Shown piece by piece: positions 47,443 through 58,047 of a DNA stretch of 64,000 nt. The stretch is from a bacterium (GTDB lineage: Bacteria; Cyanobacteriota; Vampirovibrionia; Obscuribacterales; JAKAZS01). Made by a program: the position numbers and the translations under genes. How positions within the stretch are numbered: position 1 is the stretch's first letter; every line of letters starts with the position of its first letter. The notes beneath the pieces were generated by a model. It saw nothing but the letters and a program-made list of their open reading frames with translations, ran no database searches and had not been told where the DNA came from. Location of the stretch: assembly GCA_021815785.1 (NCBI GenBank), contig JAKAZS010000001.1:5599-69598 (forward strand). Reading direction: 5' to 3'.

Positions 47443-47525
47443 AAAAATATATTATTAAGATTCTAGTATAATATTTATCTATATTCATTTTAAGCAAGTT
47501 AACTTTAATAAAAAAACATAAAATT

Positions 47526-48671
47526 ATGGAAATATATTTTGATAATAGTGCTACCACAATAATCCATCCCGATATCCAGAAATCAGTTTATCATAACCTA
47601 CAGAAAGCTTATGGTAACCCTTCTTCAATTCATAGCTTAGGCTTAGAAGCTAATAATATACTGGATAAAGCTCGTAATCAATTAAGTAGGCTGGTAAACT
47701 GCAGTCCCAGTGAAATTTATTTTACTAATTCCGGGACTTTTGCCAACAACTTAAGTATCTTAGGTAGAGCCAGGTTCATTCAAGCCAACAATTTAGGCAA
47801 ACATATAATTACCTCAGCGATTGAACATCCCAGTATTCTTGGACCAATAAAGTATCTTGAAAGCCAGGGATTTATGGTAACCTATCTTAAACCTGACCAT
47901 AATGGACAGATTCAAACGCAAACCGTTATTAATGCATTAACCAAAAATACCAGTATCGTTAGTATCATGTGGGCAAATAATGAAATTGGTTCATTATTCC
48001 CAATTCAAGACTTGGCTCAAAAATTAGCTCAATTAAATATTTTCTTTCACACTGATGCCATTCAGGTTGCTGGCAAGCTTAACATTGACTTAGAACAAGT
48101 TCAAGTTTCAACTTTAAGCTTATCTGGTCACAAATTCCATGCGCCAAAAGGTATTGGTGCCATTTTTATCCGGAAAGGAATTAATCTCATGCCAATTATC
48201 TTTGGTGGTGGGCAAGAAATGGGTTACAATCCTGGTACCCATGCCCTAACTAATATTGAAGCCTTAGGTCAAGCAAGTGAATTAGCCAAGAACAACTTAA
48301 ACAGATATCAGGATAATTTACGCCAATTACAAAACTATCTAATTAATGAAATTTCGCAATTGCCAAATACTGTACTAACAGGTCCAATTACCAGCGATTT
48401 AAGATTACCTGGTCATGTTAGTTTCGCTACTTCTTTATATAACGCAGAAGCTCTCGTAAATAAAGCAAGTTTAAAAGGATTGTACTTATCAAGCGGTTCA
48501 GCCTGCAAAGCGGGAATCAAAGAACCATCACACGTTTTAAAATGTCTCGATCTGCCAGAAGATTACTTAAACGGTGCTATTCGTATATCTCTAAGTCAAT
48601 TTAATACTATGAGTGAATGTCAAACAGCTATTGAAATTCTTAAAAGAATTCTTTTAGCAAAGGATAATTGA
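47526..48671 (+). CDS. Cysteine desulfurase (NifS/IscS-like, class-V aminotransferase)
   Basis: 381 aa. PLP Lys in LSLSGHKFHAPKGIGA. Catalytic Cys loop SSGSACKAG. Confidence 0.9.
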   Translation: MEIYFDNSATTIIHPDIQKSVYHNLQKAYGNPSSIHSLGLEANNILDKARNQLSRLVNCSPSEIYFTNSGTFANNLSILGRARFIQANNLGKHIITSAIEHPSILGPIKYLESQGFMVTYLKPDHNGQIQTQTVINALTKNTSIVSIMWANNEIGSLFPIQDLAQKLAQLNIFFHTDAIQVAGKLNIDLEQVQVSTLSLSGHKFHAPKGIGAIFIRKGINLMPIIFGGGQEMGYNPGTHALTNIEALGQASELAKNNLNRYQDNLRQLQNYLINEISQLPNTVLTGPITSDLRLPGHVSFATSLYNAEALVNKASLKGLYLSSGSACKAGIKEPSHVLKCLDLPEDYLNGAIRISLSQFNTMSECQTAIEILKRILLAKDN

Positions 48672-49006
48672 TTATTTCTAGCTAAAACATCAAAAAAATA
48701 CAGTCAGTCAAGTCAGTTGTTTGTATTGATTTTACTGGTATCGCACGCTGCATTGTGCAACTAAAGCTAATAGCGTTGCATTTCAAACAATTGTCGTCAT
48801 GATCATTAAATTGATTTAATAAAGCCGTCTCGCTTTTGCCAATGACCAATATTACAATTGCAAAAATTAATTTATTATATTTTCATTGCAAGGTCATTAC
48901 ATTAAAACTAAGAACAATAATATTTTGTTATAATGATGAAAATTTTAAAAGTCAGTTAATTATTTTAAATTATGACGATTTACTAATATTTAATAAGGAC
49001 AAATAC

Positions 49007-49750
49007 ATGAGTCAACCAGTTTTAACACAATCACATCCCACTAAAACCGCCCGCAATGATAATTGGTGGCTAGAACCAGCCTCAATTGCCTTAGGTTTTA
49101 CTTTGTTTATTATTTATGCCACCTGGCGAGCATTTGAATTTAAATATTTTGAATTTAATCAATATTTATCGCCATTTTATTCACCAAAAATCATTTTAGA
49201 TTTCTGGAAATTTTCTCCGGCAATTTTAGTCTTATGGATTCCTGCAGGATTTAGGGCTACTTGTTATTATTATCGTAAAGCTTATTATCGTGCCTATTTT
49301 ATGGATCCACCAGCCTGTGGCGTAGGTCATGGTGACTCTAAATATAGTGGTGAAACGGCCTTTCCTTTTATTTTACAGAACCTACATCGATACTTCTTTT
49401 ATTTAGCAGCTCTAGTTGTACTCTGGCTTTGGAAAGATGCCTTTGAATCCATTTACTGGCAAGGTCAGTTTACTTTTAGCATTTTAAGCCTAGTAATGTT
49501 TATCAACGTTATCCTACTGTCAAATTATACTTTTGGATGTCATGCCTACAGACATTTAGTTGGTGGTAAATTAGACTGCTTTTCCTGCACTAAGGCAACT
49601 CAAACCAAGCATAAGGTCTGGAAATTTGTAAGTTCTTTAAATGAACACCACATGTTTTGGGCCTGGTTAAGTTTATTTTCGGTAGGATTTACTGATTTTT
49701 ATATTCGTCAAGTAGCCTGTCACTCTTTTGATCCAATGAGGTTATTTTAA
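49007..49750 (+). CDS. Candidate membrane anchor subunit of succinate dehydrogenase/fumarate reductase (about 5 TM)
   Basis: ATG 49007 lies 8 nt after AAGGA. The track's TTG 48836 start adds an implausible I/L/N-rich leader. Hydrophobic helices with conserved-looking His residues (HRYFFYLAAL, GCHAYRHLVGG). The stop lies 2 nt before sdhA. Confidence 0.55.
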   Translation: MSQPVLTQSHPTKTARNDNWWLEPASIALGFTLFIIYATWRAFEFKYFEFNQYLSPFYSPKIILDFWKFSPAILVLWIPAGFRATCYYYRKAYYRAYFMDPPACGVGHGDSKYSGETAFPFILQNLHRYFFYLAALVVLWLWKDAFESIYWQGQFTFSILSLVMFINVILLSNYTFGCHAYRHLVGGKLDCFSCTKATQTKHKVWKFVSSLNEHHMFWAWLSLFSVGFTDFYIRQVACHSFDPMRLF

Positions 49751-49752
49751 TT

Positions 49753-51549
49753 ATGGAAAATTATCAAACAATCGAACATGATGTAATTGTAATTGGAGCT
49801 GGTGGAGCTGGTTTAAGAGCAGCAATTGAAGCTTCAGCCCAAGGTGTATCAACTGGTTTAGTATGTAAATCACTCTTAGGCAAAGCTCATACCGTTATGG
49901 CTGAAGGTGGCATAGCAGCAGCCTTAGCAAACGTTGACAGTGAAGATGGTTGGCAGACGCATTTTTGTGATACTATGAAAGGTGGCAAAATGCTCAATAA
50001 TTTTCGCATGGCCGAATTACATGCTAAAGAAGCCCCTATTCGTGTTAAAGAACTAGAAAAATGGGGTGCTGTTTTTGACCGCACTCAAGATGGTAAAATT
50101 TTACAACGCGCTTTTGGTGGCCATAAATATAAACGCTTATGTCATGTTGGCGATCGAACTGGTCTTGAACTAATTAGAACCTTACAGGACAAAGGTGTTC
50201 ATCAAGGCATTAATGTTTATATGGAATGTACCATAACTAAATTATTTAAAGATGGAGATACTATTTCTGGTGCCTTAGGATATTACCGCAATACTGGTGA
50301 ATATGTATTGTTTAAAGCTAAAGCAATTGTTCTAGCAACTGGCGGTGTTGGCAAGAGTTTTTCGGTCACATCCAATTCCTGGGAATATACTGGAGATGGT
50401 CATGCTTTAGCCTATGAAGCGGGAGCCGATCTTATTGATATGGAATTTCTTCAATTCCATCCCACCGGCATGGTCTGGCCACCAGGAGTGCGAGGGCTCT
50501 TAGTTACCGAAGGTGTTCGCGGAGAAGGTGGTATTTTAAGAAACAGCAAAAATGAACGTTTTATGTTTAAATATTTACCTGAGACCACTAAAAATGATTT
50601 TGCCGCAACTGAAGAAGAAGCAAAAGAATGGGTAGAAGCCACTTTGACTTTAGCTAAAACGCAGGCGCGTAGACCTCCAGAATTATCAACTCGCGATAAT
50701 GTTGCTCGCGCTATTTATACAGAAGTTAAGGAAGGTAGAGGTTCACCACACGGTGGTGTATTTTTAGATATAAGCTATCAGGACAAGGATAGAATTAAGA
50801 AAAAATTGCCATCTATGTATCATCAGTTTAAAGAATTAGCTGATGTTGATATTACAGCAGTACCAATGGAAGTTGGACCAACTGCTCATTATATAATGGG
50901 TGGAGTAAGGGTTGATGCTGACACAGCTCAAAGCAGAGTCAAAGGGCTTTTTGCCTGTGGTGAAGTTAGTGGTGGTATGCATGGGGCTAATCGCCTTGGT
51001 GGTAATTCATTATCTGATCTTATTGTATTTGGGGCCAGAGCTGGTTTACATGCAGCAAATTATGCTAAAGAACTTAAAGCAAAACCTGCCATCAATAATA
51101 AAGATATTGAAAATGAAATTACTGATTTAGAAAAACCATTAAAGGCTGAATCAGGCATTAATCCCTATGACTTACATAAAGAATTAAATCAGATTATGGG
51201 TACTTACGTAGGTATTTTTCGTGAGTCTAGCGACTTAAGTACTGGATTAAGCAAATTAATTGAATTACAAAGTAAACTAACTAACCTTAAAGTTACTAAT
51301 AATAAAGTTTATAATCCTGGCTGGCATATGTGTCGTGATCTAAAAAATATGATTACCTGTTCTATGGCTATAACAAAATCAGCCATTGAACGTAAAGAAA
51401 GTCGTGGTGCTCATAGCCGTCTTGATTTTACGCAAACTGATGATAATCTGGGTAAAGTCAATTCATCTATCTATGAAGAAAATGGCGAAATGAAATTTAA
51501 GCATACGCCAACGTTAAAAATGCCTGATGAATTAGCAAAATTATTTTAA
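49753..51549 (+). CDS. sdhA: Succinate dehydrogenase/fumarate reductase flavoprotein subunit
   Basis: 598 aa. FAD fold VIVIGAGGAGLRAAIEA. Covalent-FAD His in FLQFHPTG. Active-site ESRGAHSRLD. Confidence 0.93.
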   Translation: MENYQTIEHDVIVIGAGGAGLRAAIEASAQGVSTGLVCKSLLGKAHTVMAEGGIAAALANVDSEDGWQTHFCDTMKGGKMLNNFRMAELHAKEAPIRVKELEKWGAVFDRTQDGKILQRAFGGHKYKRLCHVGDRTGLELIRTLQDKGVHQGINVYMECTITKLFKDGDTISGALGYYRNTGEYVLFKAKAIVLATGGVGKSFSVTSNSWEYTGDGHALAYEAGADLIDMEFLQFHPTGMVWPPGVRGLLVTEGVRGEGGILRNSKNERFMFKYLPETTKNDFAATEEEAKEWVEATLTLAKTQARRPPELSTRDNVARAIYTEVKEGRGSPHGGVFLDISYQDKDRIKKKLPSMYHQFKELADVDITAVPMEVGPTAHYIMGGVRVDADTAQSRVKGLFACGEVSGGMHGANRLGGNSLSDLIVFGARAGLHAANYAKELKAKPAINNKDIENEITDLEKPLKAESGINPYDLHKELNQIMGTYVGIFRESSDLSTGLSKLIELQSKLTNLKVTNNKVYNPGWHMCRDLKNMITCSMAITKSAIERKESRGAHSRLDFTQTDDNLGKVNSSIYEENGEMKFKHTPTLKMPDELAKLF

Positions 51550-51566
51550 GACGAAGGAGAAGAAAA

Positions 51567-52298
51567 ATGCCTGAGGTAACGTTAAAAGTTTTTCGTGGCA
51601 ATAACCAAAAAGGGGAATTTAAAACTTATAAAGTTCCTATTGAAGATGGCATGGTTATTCTTGATGCAATCCACTATATTCAAGCCAATTTTGACAATGA
51701 AATTGCCGTACGTTGGAACTGTAAAGCGGCTAAATGTGGTTCCTGCTCAGCAGAAGTTAATGGCAAACCATCGTTAATGTGTAAAACACGCCTGGATAGA
51801 TTTGAAAAAGATGAAATAATTACAATTCAACCTTTAAAAACTTTTCCAGTAATTAAAGATTTAGTTACTGACGTATCCTGGAACTATGAAGTTAATAAAC
51901 ATATAACGCCATTAACTTCAACAGATGAAAGTGAATGGGTAATTTATCAAGAAGACATAGACCGCGTTCAGGAATTCCGCAAATGTATTGAATGTTTTTT
52001 ATGTCAAGATGTATGCCATGTTTTACGTGATCATGATCAACATGCAAAATTTTCCGGCCCGCGCTTTTTGGTCAGAATGGCCGGACTAGAAATGCATCCC
52101 AAAGATACAGCTAGTCGAACTAAATACTTAAAAGATGAAGGTGGAATAGGCTATTGCAATATTACCAAATGCTGTACTGAGGTCTGCCCTGAAGAAATTC
52201 ATATAACTGATAATGCTATTATTCCATTAAAGGAACGAGTAGTAGATGATTTTTATGATCCAATTGCTAGATTTATAAAATCCATTTTTAAAAGCTAG
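51567..52298 (+). CDS. sdhB: Succinate dehydrogenase/fumarate reductase iron-sulfur subunit
   Basis: 243 aa. [2Fe-2S] region CKAAKCGSCSAEVNG...LMC. Cluster motifs CIECFLCQDVC and CNITKCCTEVCP. Confidence 0.9.
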   Translation: MPEVTLKVFRGNNQKGEFKTYKVPIEDGMVILDAIHYIQANFDNEIAVRWNCKAAKCGSCSAEVNGKPSLMCKTRLDRFEKDEIITIQPLKTFPVIKDLVTDVSWNYEVNKHITPLTSTDESEWVIYQEDIDRVQEFRKCIECFLCQDVCHVLRDHDQHAKFSGPRFLVRMAGLEMHPKDTASRTKYLKDEGGIGYCNITKCCTEVCPEEIHITDNAIIPLKERVVDDFYDPIARFIKSIFKS

Positions 52299-52326
52299 TT
52301 TAACTAATTAATTAAATATTGAATAT

Positions 52327-53904
52327 TCATTTTGGACTAAAATTATCTTTAATAGCTTTAATCATGGAAATGCTTGAATTTATACCTTTATTAAAATCAC
52401 GTAAATGCAGGCTCAAAATCCCAGTTTTAGCAATTATTTCGGAATGAAGTCCATACGGATACCACCAGATTTTAGCAAACCGTGATGGAGCATCATTACT
52501 GATGGTTTTTATGTTCACGAAATCTAAGGCATTATAAAATGAATGGCTACGGCCAAAACCACTATTTTTAAGCCCGCCCCAAGGCATTTGTGGACAGGCA
52601 AAGGCAAACAAACAATCATTAATAGTTATAGTACCAGCTATAACTTTACTGGCAATCTTTTTTGCTTGCTGAGTATTTTTCGTCCAAATTGATGCACACA
52701 AAGCAAAATCCGAATCGTTAGCTAAATCAATGGCTTCGTTCAAATTATCGACTAACATAATTGGTAAAACTGGACCAAAAATTTCTTCCTGCATAATTTT
52801 CATTTGATGATTAACATTAATTAAAACCGTTGGTTCATAAAAATAACCACCTAAATCCTCGCGTGTTTTACCACCAACAAGTAATTGTGCACCCTTATTT
52901 ACTGCATCCTGAACCAAACTATCAACCCTTAATAAAGATTCAGAGTCAATCAATGGACCAAGATCAATATTTTTCTGGTTGAATTGAGTGGTGTCACCAA
53001 TTTTAAGTTTTTGGGTAAGTTCAACTATTTTATCAATTAATTTTTGGGTATCCTTACCTTTAACAAGATAAAGTCTTTCAATTGAAGCACAAGCCTGACC
53101 ACTATTGGTGAAACCACCCCAGACAATACCTTGAGCGGTTGGATCAATAGGTGCATCAGCCAAAACTATAGCAGGATCCTTGCCACCTAATTCTAGGGAA
53201 ACTGGAACCAGCTGGCTTGCAGCATTTTGCATAATTATTTTACCAATATTTGGTGAACCAGTAAACACCAGTCTAGCTAATGGCAATTTACTAAAATAAG
53301 CTCCAGTTACACTGCCACCAATAACCACATTTAATACATTATCAGGTAAAGTAGTAGCTTTAAATAATTCACTAATTTTTAAAGCTATTAAAGATGCTTT
53401 TTCCGATGGTTTTAAAATGACGGCATTACCTAAGGCAATAGCCATTAAAATACCCATGACCGGAATTGAAAAAGGATAATTCCAGGGTGAAATAATGCCA
53501 ATAACACCCAGTGGCTCAAAAATAATTTGATTGTTTTTCGACCAGAGTATGGGGTTAGTTAATTTAAAAGTTTTAGCCTTAGGTAAATTATCACCTTTAA
53601 TTAACCAATCACACATCTCTAAACACGGTGAAATTTCAGCCAGATAGCTTTCCGTTCTAGGCTTACCAATTTCACTGGCAATAAGGTCAACAATTTCATC
53701 ACTAGAATTTAAGAGCATGGTTTTAAATTCTTTGATATAATTCAGTCTTAGACTAAAATGGTTATCTTTAAAAGAATTAAAAGCTAAAGTGGCATTTTGG
53801 AATATCTCATCAATCTGCGAAAAACTAGTAATCGGAATGCTACCAATAATTTTTTTATTGCTGGGATTTAAACAATTTAAGAATTCAGTTTCAAATGATG
53901 TCAT
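52327..53904 (-). CDS. NAD(P)-dependent aldehyde dehydrogenase family protein
   Basis: 525 aa. Motifs ELGGKDPAIV and FTNSGQACASIERLYV (catalytic Cys), plus EEIFGPVLPI. Confidence 0.9.
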   Translation of the reverse strand: MTSFETEFLNCLNPSNKKIIGSIPITSFSQIDEIFQNATLAFNSFKDNHFSLRLNYIKEFKTMLLNSSDEIVDLIASEIGKPRTESYLAEISPCLEMCDWLIKGDNLPKAKTFKLTNPILWSKNNQIIFEPLGVIGIISPWNYPFSIPVMGILMAIALGNAVILKPSEKASLIALKISELFKATTLPDNVLNVVIGGSVTGAYFSKLPLARLVFTGSPNIGKIIMQNAASQLVPVSLELGGKDPAIVLADAPIDPTAQGIVWGGFTNSGQACASIERLYLVKGKDTQKLIDKIVELTQKLKIGDTTQFNQKNIDLGPLIDSESLLRVDSLVQDAVNKGAQLLVGGKTREDLGGYFYEPTVLINVNHQMKIMQEEIFGPVLPIMLVDNLNEAIDLANDSDFALCASIWTKNTQQAKKIASKVIAGTITINDCLFAFACPQMPWGGLKNSGFGRSHSFYNALDFVNIKTISNDAPSRFAKIWWYPYGLHSEIIAKTGILSLHLRDFNKGINSSISMIKAIKDNFSPK

Positions 53905-53985
53905 AATTATTTTTAAATTTCATTTCAATATATTAATATTATTCAATATACAATAAAATTAAGCAAAAGGGAATTTCTAAATAAT

Positions 53986-55071
53986 ATGGGCTTTTCTAAA
54001 TTTTACCAAAGTTTAATCTTGATTATTTTCCACTGCAGTTCAACTTTATCGTGCCTGGCTAAAAACCCAAGTGAAACCAGCCAAACCAATGCTCTTATTA
54101 TTCAGGCACGTCAATTAGTTAAAAACCACCAAGTTACCCAAGCAATTGATTTATTAGCTAATACACCTAATCAGGATCATAAAATTCTCGATGCCTTGGG
54201 AGTAATGTATGATGAGTCGCAACAATATGATCTAGCTATTAAAGCGTTTAAAACTGCTTACACCAAAAATCATAAAGATAATTTTGCTTTAAATAACCTA
54301 GGAAATCTTTACCTTAAGACAGAAAATTATCAAGAGGCTATTCATTTTTATCAAGAGTTTATTAAATTAGATAATACTAAAGCTTTAGTTTATTATAATC
54401 TTGCCTATTCCTATACAAGATCCAAAAATCTCAAATCAGCGTTAATTAATATTGACAAATCGCTTGAATTAAATCCTATTCAAGCTGACGCATTTTTTTT
54501 ACGCGGTGAAATTCAGGAGAAATTGGGTGACTTCAATAAGGCTTTAGCAGATTACAATCAAGCTCTAAAAATTAATCCTGATTTACCTGAAGCTCATAAC
54601 AATTTAGGTATTATTTTAAGCAAATTAGGAAAAGACAAGGAATCGGTTGAACAGTTTAAATTAGCCAATAATTTACTTCCGAATAATCTAACCGCCCAAA
54701 AAAATCTAGGTTTTGCCAGTGCTCATAACAGCTTAGGCATAATGTTTTATAAACAGAAAAACTATAAGAAAGCCAAACAGGAATATTTAAAAGCTTTAGA
54801 TATAGATAAAAACCAATCTGAAACTTATTATAATTTAGGCTTAATTTATCAAGACGAAAACAACTTACCATCAGCAATTAATGCATATAAATGTGCCATT
54901 AAAGCTAATATTAATAATTATAAAGCTTATAATAATCTTGGGGTAATTTATCTTAAGCAAAAAGACTACATACAAGCAAGTAATTCATTTAATCAGGCCT
55001 TAAAAATCAAACCTCATTTTAATGCAGCTTTAGAGAATATTGACATCTTGAAAAAATTAGAAAAAAAATAA
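53986..55071 (+). CDS. Exported TPR-repeat protein
   Basis: 361 aa. Hydrophobic N-terminus, then about 8 TPR units (ALNNLGNLYLKTENYQEAIHFYQEFIKLDN and similar). Confidence 0.8.
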   Translation: MGFSKFYQSLILIIFHCSSTLSCLAKNPSETSQTNALIIQARQLVKNHQVTQAIDLLANTPNQDHKILDALGVMYDESQQYDLAIKAFKTAYTKNHKDNFALNNLGNLYLKTENYQEAIHFYQEFIKLDNTKALVYYNLAYSYTRSKNLKSALINIDKSLELNPIQADAFFLRGEIQEKLGDFNKALADYNQALKINPDLPEAHNNLGIILSKLGKDKESVEQFKLANNLLPNNLTAQKNLGFASAHNSLGIMFYKQKNYKKAKQEYLKALDIDKNQSETYYNLGLIYQDENNLPSAINAYKCAIKANINNYKAYNNLGVIYLKQKDYIQASNSFNQALKIKPHFNAALENIDILKKLEKK

Positions 55072-55120
55072 GAAGTAAACTATAATAAAAAAGTTAATTA
55101 ATTTGTCGATAACCAATTAA

Positions 55121-56080
55121 ATGTCAATCATTCAAAACCAGCTCACTAAATTACCGATTGATCGACCTATTGGTAATTTAGAAATTATTGATAAAGCTTT
55201 AGAATTATGTCTTAATAACTGGAAAATAATTTTAACAGTGTCACTTTGGCCAGCGCTTTTCTGCTTTATAAGCCAAGTCGTTATTCAGTATTCAATAAAT
55301 CATATAATGCTGGATCATTTAAACTTTATGAATAATCTGGTTTTTGCGATTTTAGCGTTAATAAGCATTGTCATATATTTTATAAGTTTTTGGATCTGGT
55401 TTGTAAGACAACTCGCAACAGCAAGATTAATAGTAGGTTTCAGTAATTCAATAAAAGACTCAATTAATCATATAAATATAATTCAATGGCATATTGTAAT
55501 TTATAATCTAGCATGGCTTATAGCTTTAATATTATTTACAGTACTTTATATTATTACAACTATACTATTGATGCTCCTAACTAAAAATCATCCTAGTTAC
55601 ACCAATATCGTTCTTGGTATTATGATTGGATCAATATTCATAGTTTCGTTTTGCTTCTTTATAATTTTGACGTTAATGATTACTGGCAGTATAGTACTTA
55701 TATGCGAAGATTACAATTTTAAAGAAAATTTAAAAAAAATATTTCATTTTATCAAACTGGCCTTTGTTAGTATGATAGCATTACATATCACACTGGCTCT
55801 ATTATTAATTCCAATTGGAGTCGCCTTTTATTTACCAGGTGTTATCATTTCAATTATCAATATCTCTATTTTCGAAAGAGGTCATCAACTTCATGAACTT
55901 ATTCGAAATCAAGGCATTACCACAATTATTATCTATAAATTCTGTGAAGTTGCATTCCAGTTTTTTTCTTATTCCTTTATAAACATTACCTATGGTCTAT
56001 TTTACCTAAATTATAAAATGAAATTTTTAGGCTTTGATATTATATATAATCTTGAACAAAATAATAACTTACAGGCATAA
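55121..56080 (+). CDS. Polytopic membrane protein (about 7-8 TM), unknown function
   Basis: 319 aa, strongly hydrophobic. The stop lies 5 nt before the next gene. No family recognised. Confidence 0.55.
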   Translation: MSIIQNQLTKLPIDRPIGNLEIIDKALELCLNNWKIILTVSLWPALFCFISQVVIQYSINHIMLDHLNFMNNLVFAILALISIVIYFISFWIWFVRQLATARLIVGFSNSIKDSINHINIIQWHIVIYNLAWLIALILFTVLYIITTILLMLLTKNHPSYTNIVLGIMIGSIFIVSFCFFIILTLMITGSIVLICEDYNFKENLKKIFHFIKLAFVSMIALHITLALLLIPIGVAFYLPGVIISIINISIFERGHQLHELIRNQGITTIIIYKFCEVAFQFFSYSFINITYGLFYLNYKMKFLGFDIIYNLEQNNNLQA

Positions 56081-56085
56081 AGATA

Positions 56086-56736
56086 ATGGAAGACTATCAT
56101 GACTTAGTACTTAAATTAGCTAATATTTACAAGAAAAAAAATCTTGTAAATATTAATTATGAAAAAATAATTACCGAAATAATATCTATTATCAATAATA
56201 TCAAAAAATTAATTTCAGAATTTTTTGCAACAAATTACTCAAGTTTCAAATTTTCAGATAGCTCTAACATCCAAGTAATTATAATTATAGCTATCATTAC
56301 TTGCTTTATCAGCTTATTTATTTATTATTTACTAGCCATTCTAAAATACCGAAAAAAATCCATTGTCAGCAATAATCAAAGTGATATAAACATTACCAGT
56401 CTAATAAATTCAGTTTACTGGCAAAATAAATCAGAAGTTTTTATTCAAGAAAACAATTACACTGAAGCAACAAAATCACTCTATTTTGCGTGCCTATCCT
56501 TAATGGTTGAAAATAATATAATTAAATATGATTACAATAAAACTAATTATGAAATAGGTAAAGCTCTGTTTAAACATCAACAGCTAAAGGAAAATTTTCT
56601 GATTATTGCCAAAACATTTGAGAAAGCTTTTTTTGGTGAATATCAGCTTAAGATTGAAGATTACTATACAGTTAAAGATTCATACGAATTTTGTAAAGAC
56701 TATATTCAAAAAACTGGTATTACAAATGAAAAATAA
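56086..56736 (+). CDS. DUF4129-like membrane-anchored protein
   Basis: 216 aa. One TM helix (VIIIIAIITCFISLFIYYLLAIL). The C-terminal helical domain resembles DUF4129 (TEATKSLYFACLSLMVENNIIKYDYNKTNYEIGKAL...FEKAFFG). Sits in the typical position upstream of DUF4350/MoxR/DUF58. Confidence 0.45.
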   Translation: MEDYHDLVLKLANIYKKKNLVNINYEKIITEIISIINNIKKLISEFFATNYSSFKFSDSSNIQVIIIIAIITCFISLFIYYLLAILKYRKKSIVSNNQSDINITSLINSVYWQNKSEVFIQENNYTEATKSLYFACLSLMVENNIIKYDYNKTNYEIGKALFKHQQLKENFLIIAKTFEKAFFGEYQLKIEDYYTVKDSYEFCKDYIQKTGITNEK

Positions 56737-57997
56737 AGATACCATAAAAATCATTGCATTATTGTTATTTATGGTTATTTTAATGTCTTTGTTTGTCAAA
56801 TATCGAAATTTTTCAGCTTTGGACGCACTTATCCCTGAAGAAACTCCAAATCCATCAATATACAATACTAAATTATCGGGACTGTCTGAATTTTATAAAG
56901 CTCTAAATGAAATTAATGTAAAGCCAAAAATCTGGACTCAAAGCCTGACTGATATCAATAAAATTGATGGCCTTTTAATATTTTATGGAAACAAGAATAA
57001 ACTAGATGCTACTGAGCTTATAGTTCTTATCAACTGGATTAAAAATGGCAATGTTTTAATCTGGTTTGATGATTTTAGCAATGCCGACTTGTATCGAATA
57101 TTCTATAAAAACTTCAATCTTAAAGTTAGAAATAGTTTAGTAAAATATAAAGTAAATTTTAATTGTCCAGATAACTTACCTTTATTAAATAAATTTACGA
57201 ACATTGATAATCATTTTGTAACTTTCAAACTTAAAGATAGTGATATTAAAACTTTTAACTCAATATTATCCACTGATGCTTGGAAACATGTAAAAAACAT
57301 ATCTTTGGAGACCTATTCATTGTTTTACGAGCGCAATCGCATTAACAGTCAATTTCAATCTTTTATCTGGGATTTTATTCGCGTCTATAAAATTAACCAA
57401 GGTGGTTTAATACTTATTAACGATAGCTCGTTTATAAACAACACGACCTTAATTGACAACCGCTGCTTTGATAATTTTCAATTTATCCTAAACATTATAA
57501 AACAAATAAACAAGCCTGTATACTTTTATGAACTTAATCAAAATACCACTTACAATAGCAACAGTGTCTATAGTTATCTAATTAAGGGAAATAATAAACT
57601 TATCACTATTCAATTATTTTTTTTGTTTTTCATAATTATGTTAAGTCTGATGCAGCGTTTCGGCAAAATTCGTCCTATAGCTAATCAGAGAATTCTTAGT
57701 CAGACTGAATACATGGAAAACATGGCGTTATTTTTACAATCAAAAAAACTAAATTTTTATGCTTATGAAACTATTTTAAAAGCTTTTCTAATAAGTCTTA
57801 GAAATCATTTTCAACTTAAATATGATATTTCCCTAAACGAAATATTACTTGACAGCAATATACAAAAAAACAAAGAATTAATAGCTTTATTAAATAATTT
57901 AAATAGTATTAATGAAGCGACCCAATTATCCAGTACAGAATTAATTACAATCGTAAACAAAATAGATCAAACCATTTTAAATTTAGGCGTTAAATAG
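56726..57997 (+). CDS. DUF4350-like membrane protein
   Basis: Start taken at ATG 56726 (MKNKDTIKIIALLLFMVILM), overlapping the upstream stop by 11 nt. The track's 56606 start lies inside the previous gene. N- and C-terminal TM helices flank a domain with GLSEFYKALNE...LIVLINWIKNGNVLIWFDD. Confidence 0.5.
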   Translation: MKNKDTIKIIALLLFMVILMSLFVKYRNFSALDALIPEETPNPSIYNTKLSGLSEFYKALNEINVKPKIWTQSLTDINKIDGLLIFYGNKNKLDATELIVLINWIKNGNVLIWFDDFSNADLYRIFYKNFNLKVRNSLVKYKVNFNCPDNLPLLNKFTNIDNHFVTFKLKDSDIKTFNSILSTDAWKHVKNISLETYSLFYERNRINSQFQSFIWDFIRVYKINQGGLILINDSSFINNTTLIDNRCFDNFQFILNIIKQINKPVYFYELNQNTTYNSNSVYSYLIKGNNKLITIQLFFLFFIIMLSLMQRFGKIRPIANQRILSQTEYMENMALFLQSKKLNFYAYETILKAFLISLRNHFQLKYDISLNEILLDSNIQKNKELIALLNNLNSINEATQLSSTELITIVNKIDQTILNLGVK

Positions 57998-58047
57998 TTT
58001 AATCTTATGTATAATCAAATTTTAATAAGTCTTTTTATCAATCAACT

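Noticed and set aside
47443-47525. Looked for a cobalamin or other riboswitch upstream of the FecCD/BtuC-type ABC operon
   Set aside because: The divergent spacer is only 83 bp of A/T-rich sequence. That is too short and unstructured for a B12 element, so the substrate remains unassigned.
48836-49006. Track's 57-codon N-terminal extension of the sdh anchor gene, and the 56606-56725 extension of the DUF4350 gene
   Set aside because: The extensions are I/L/N/K-rich and lack an SD. In the second case the extension lies inside the preceding gene. Internal ATGs (49007 and 56726) have better context.
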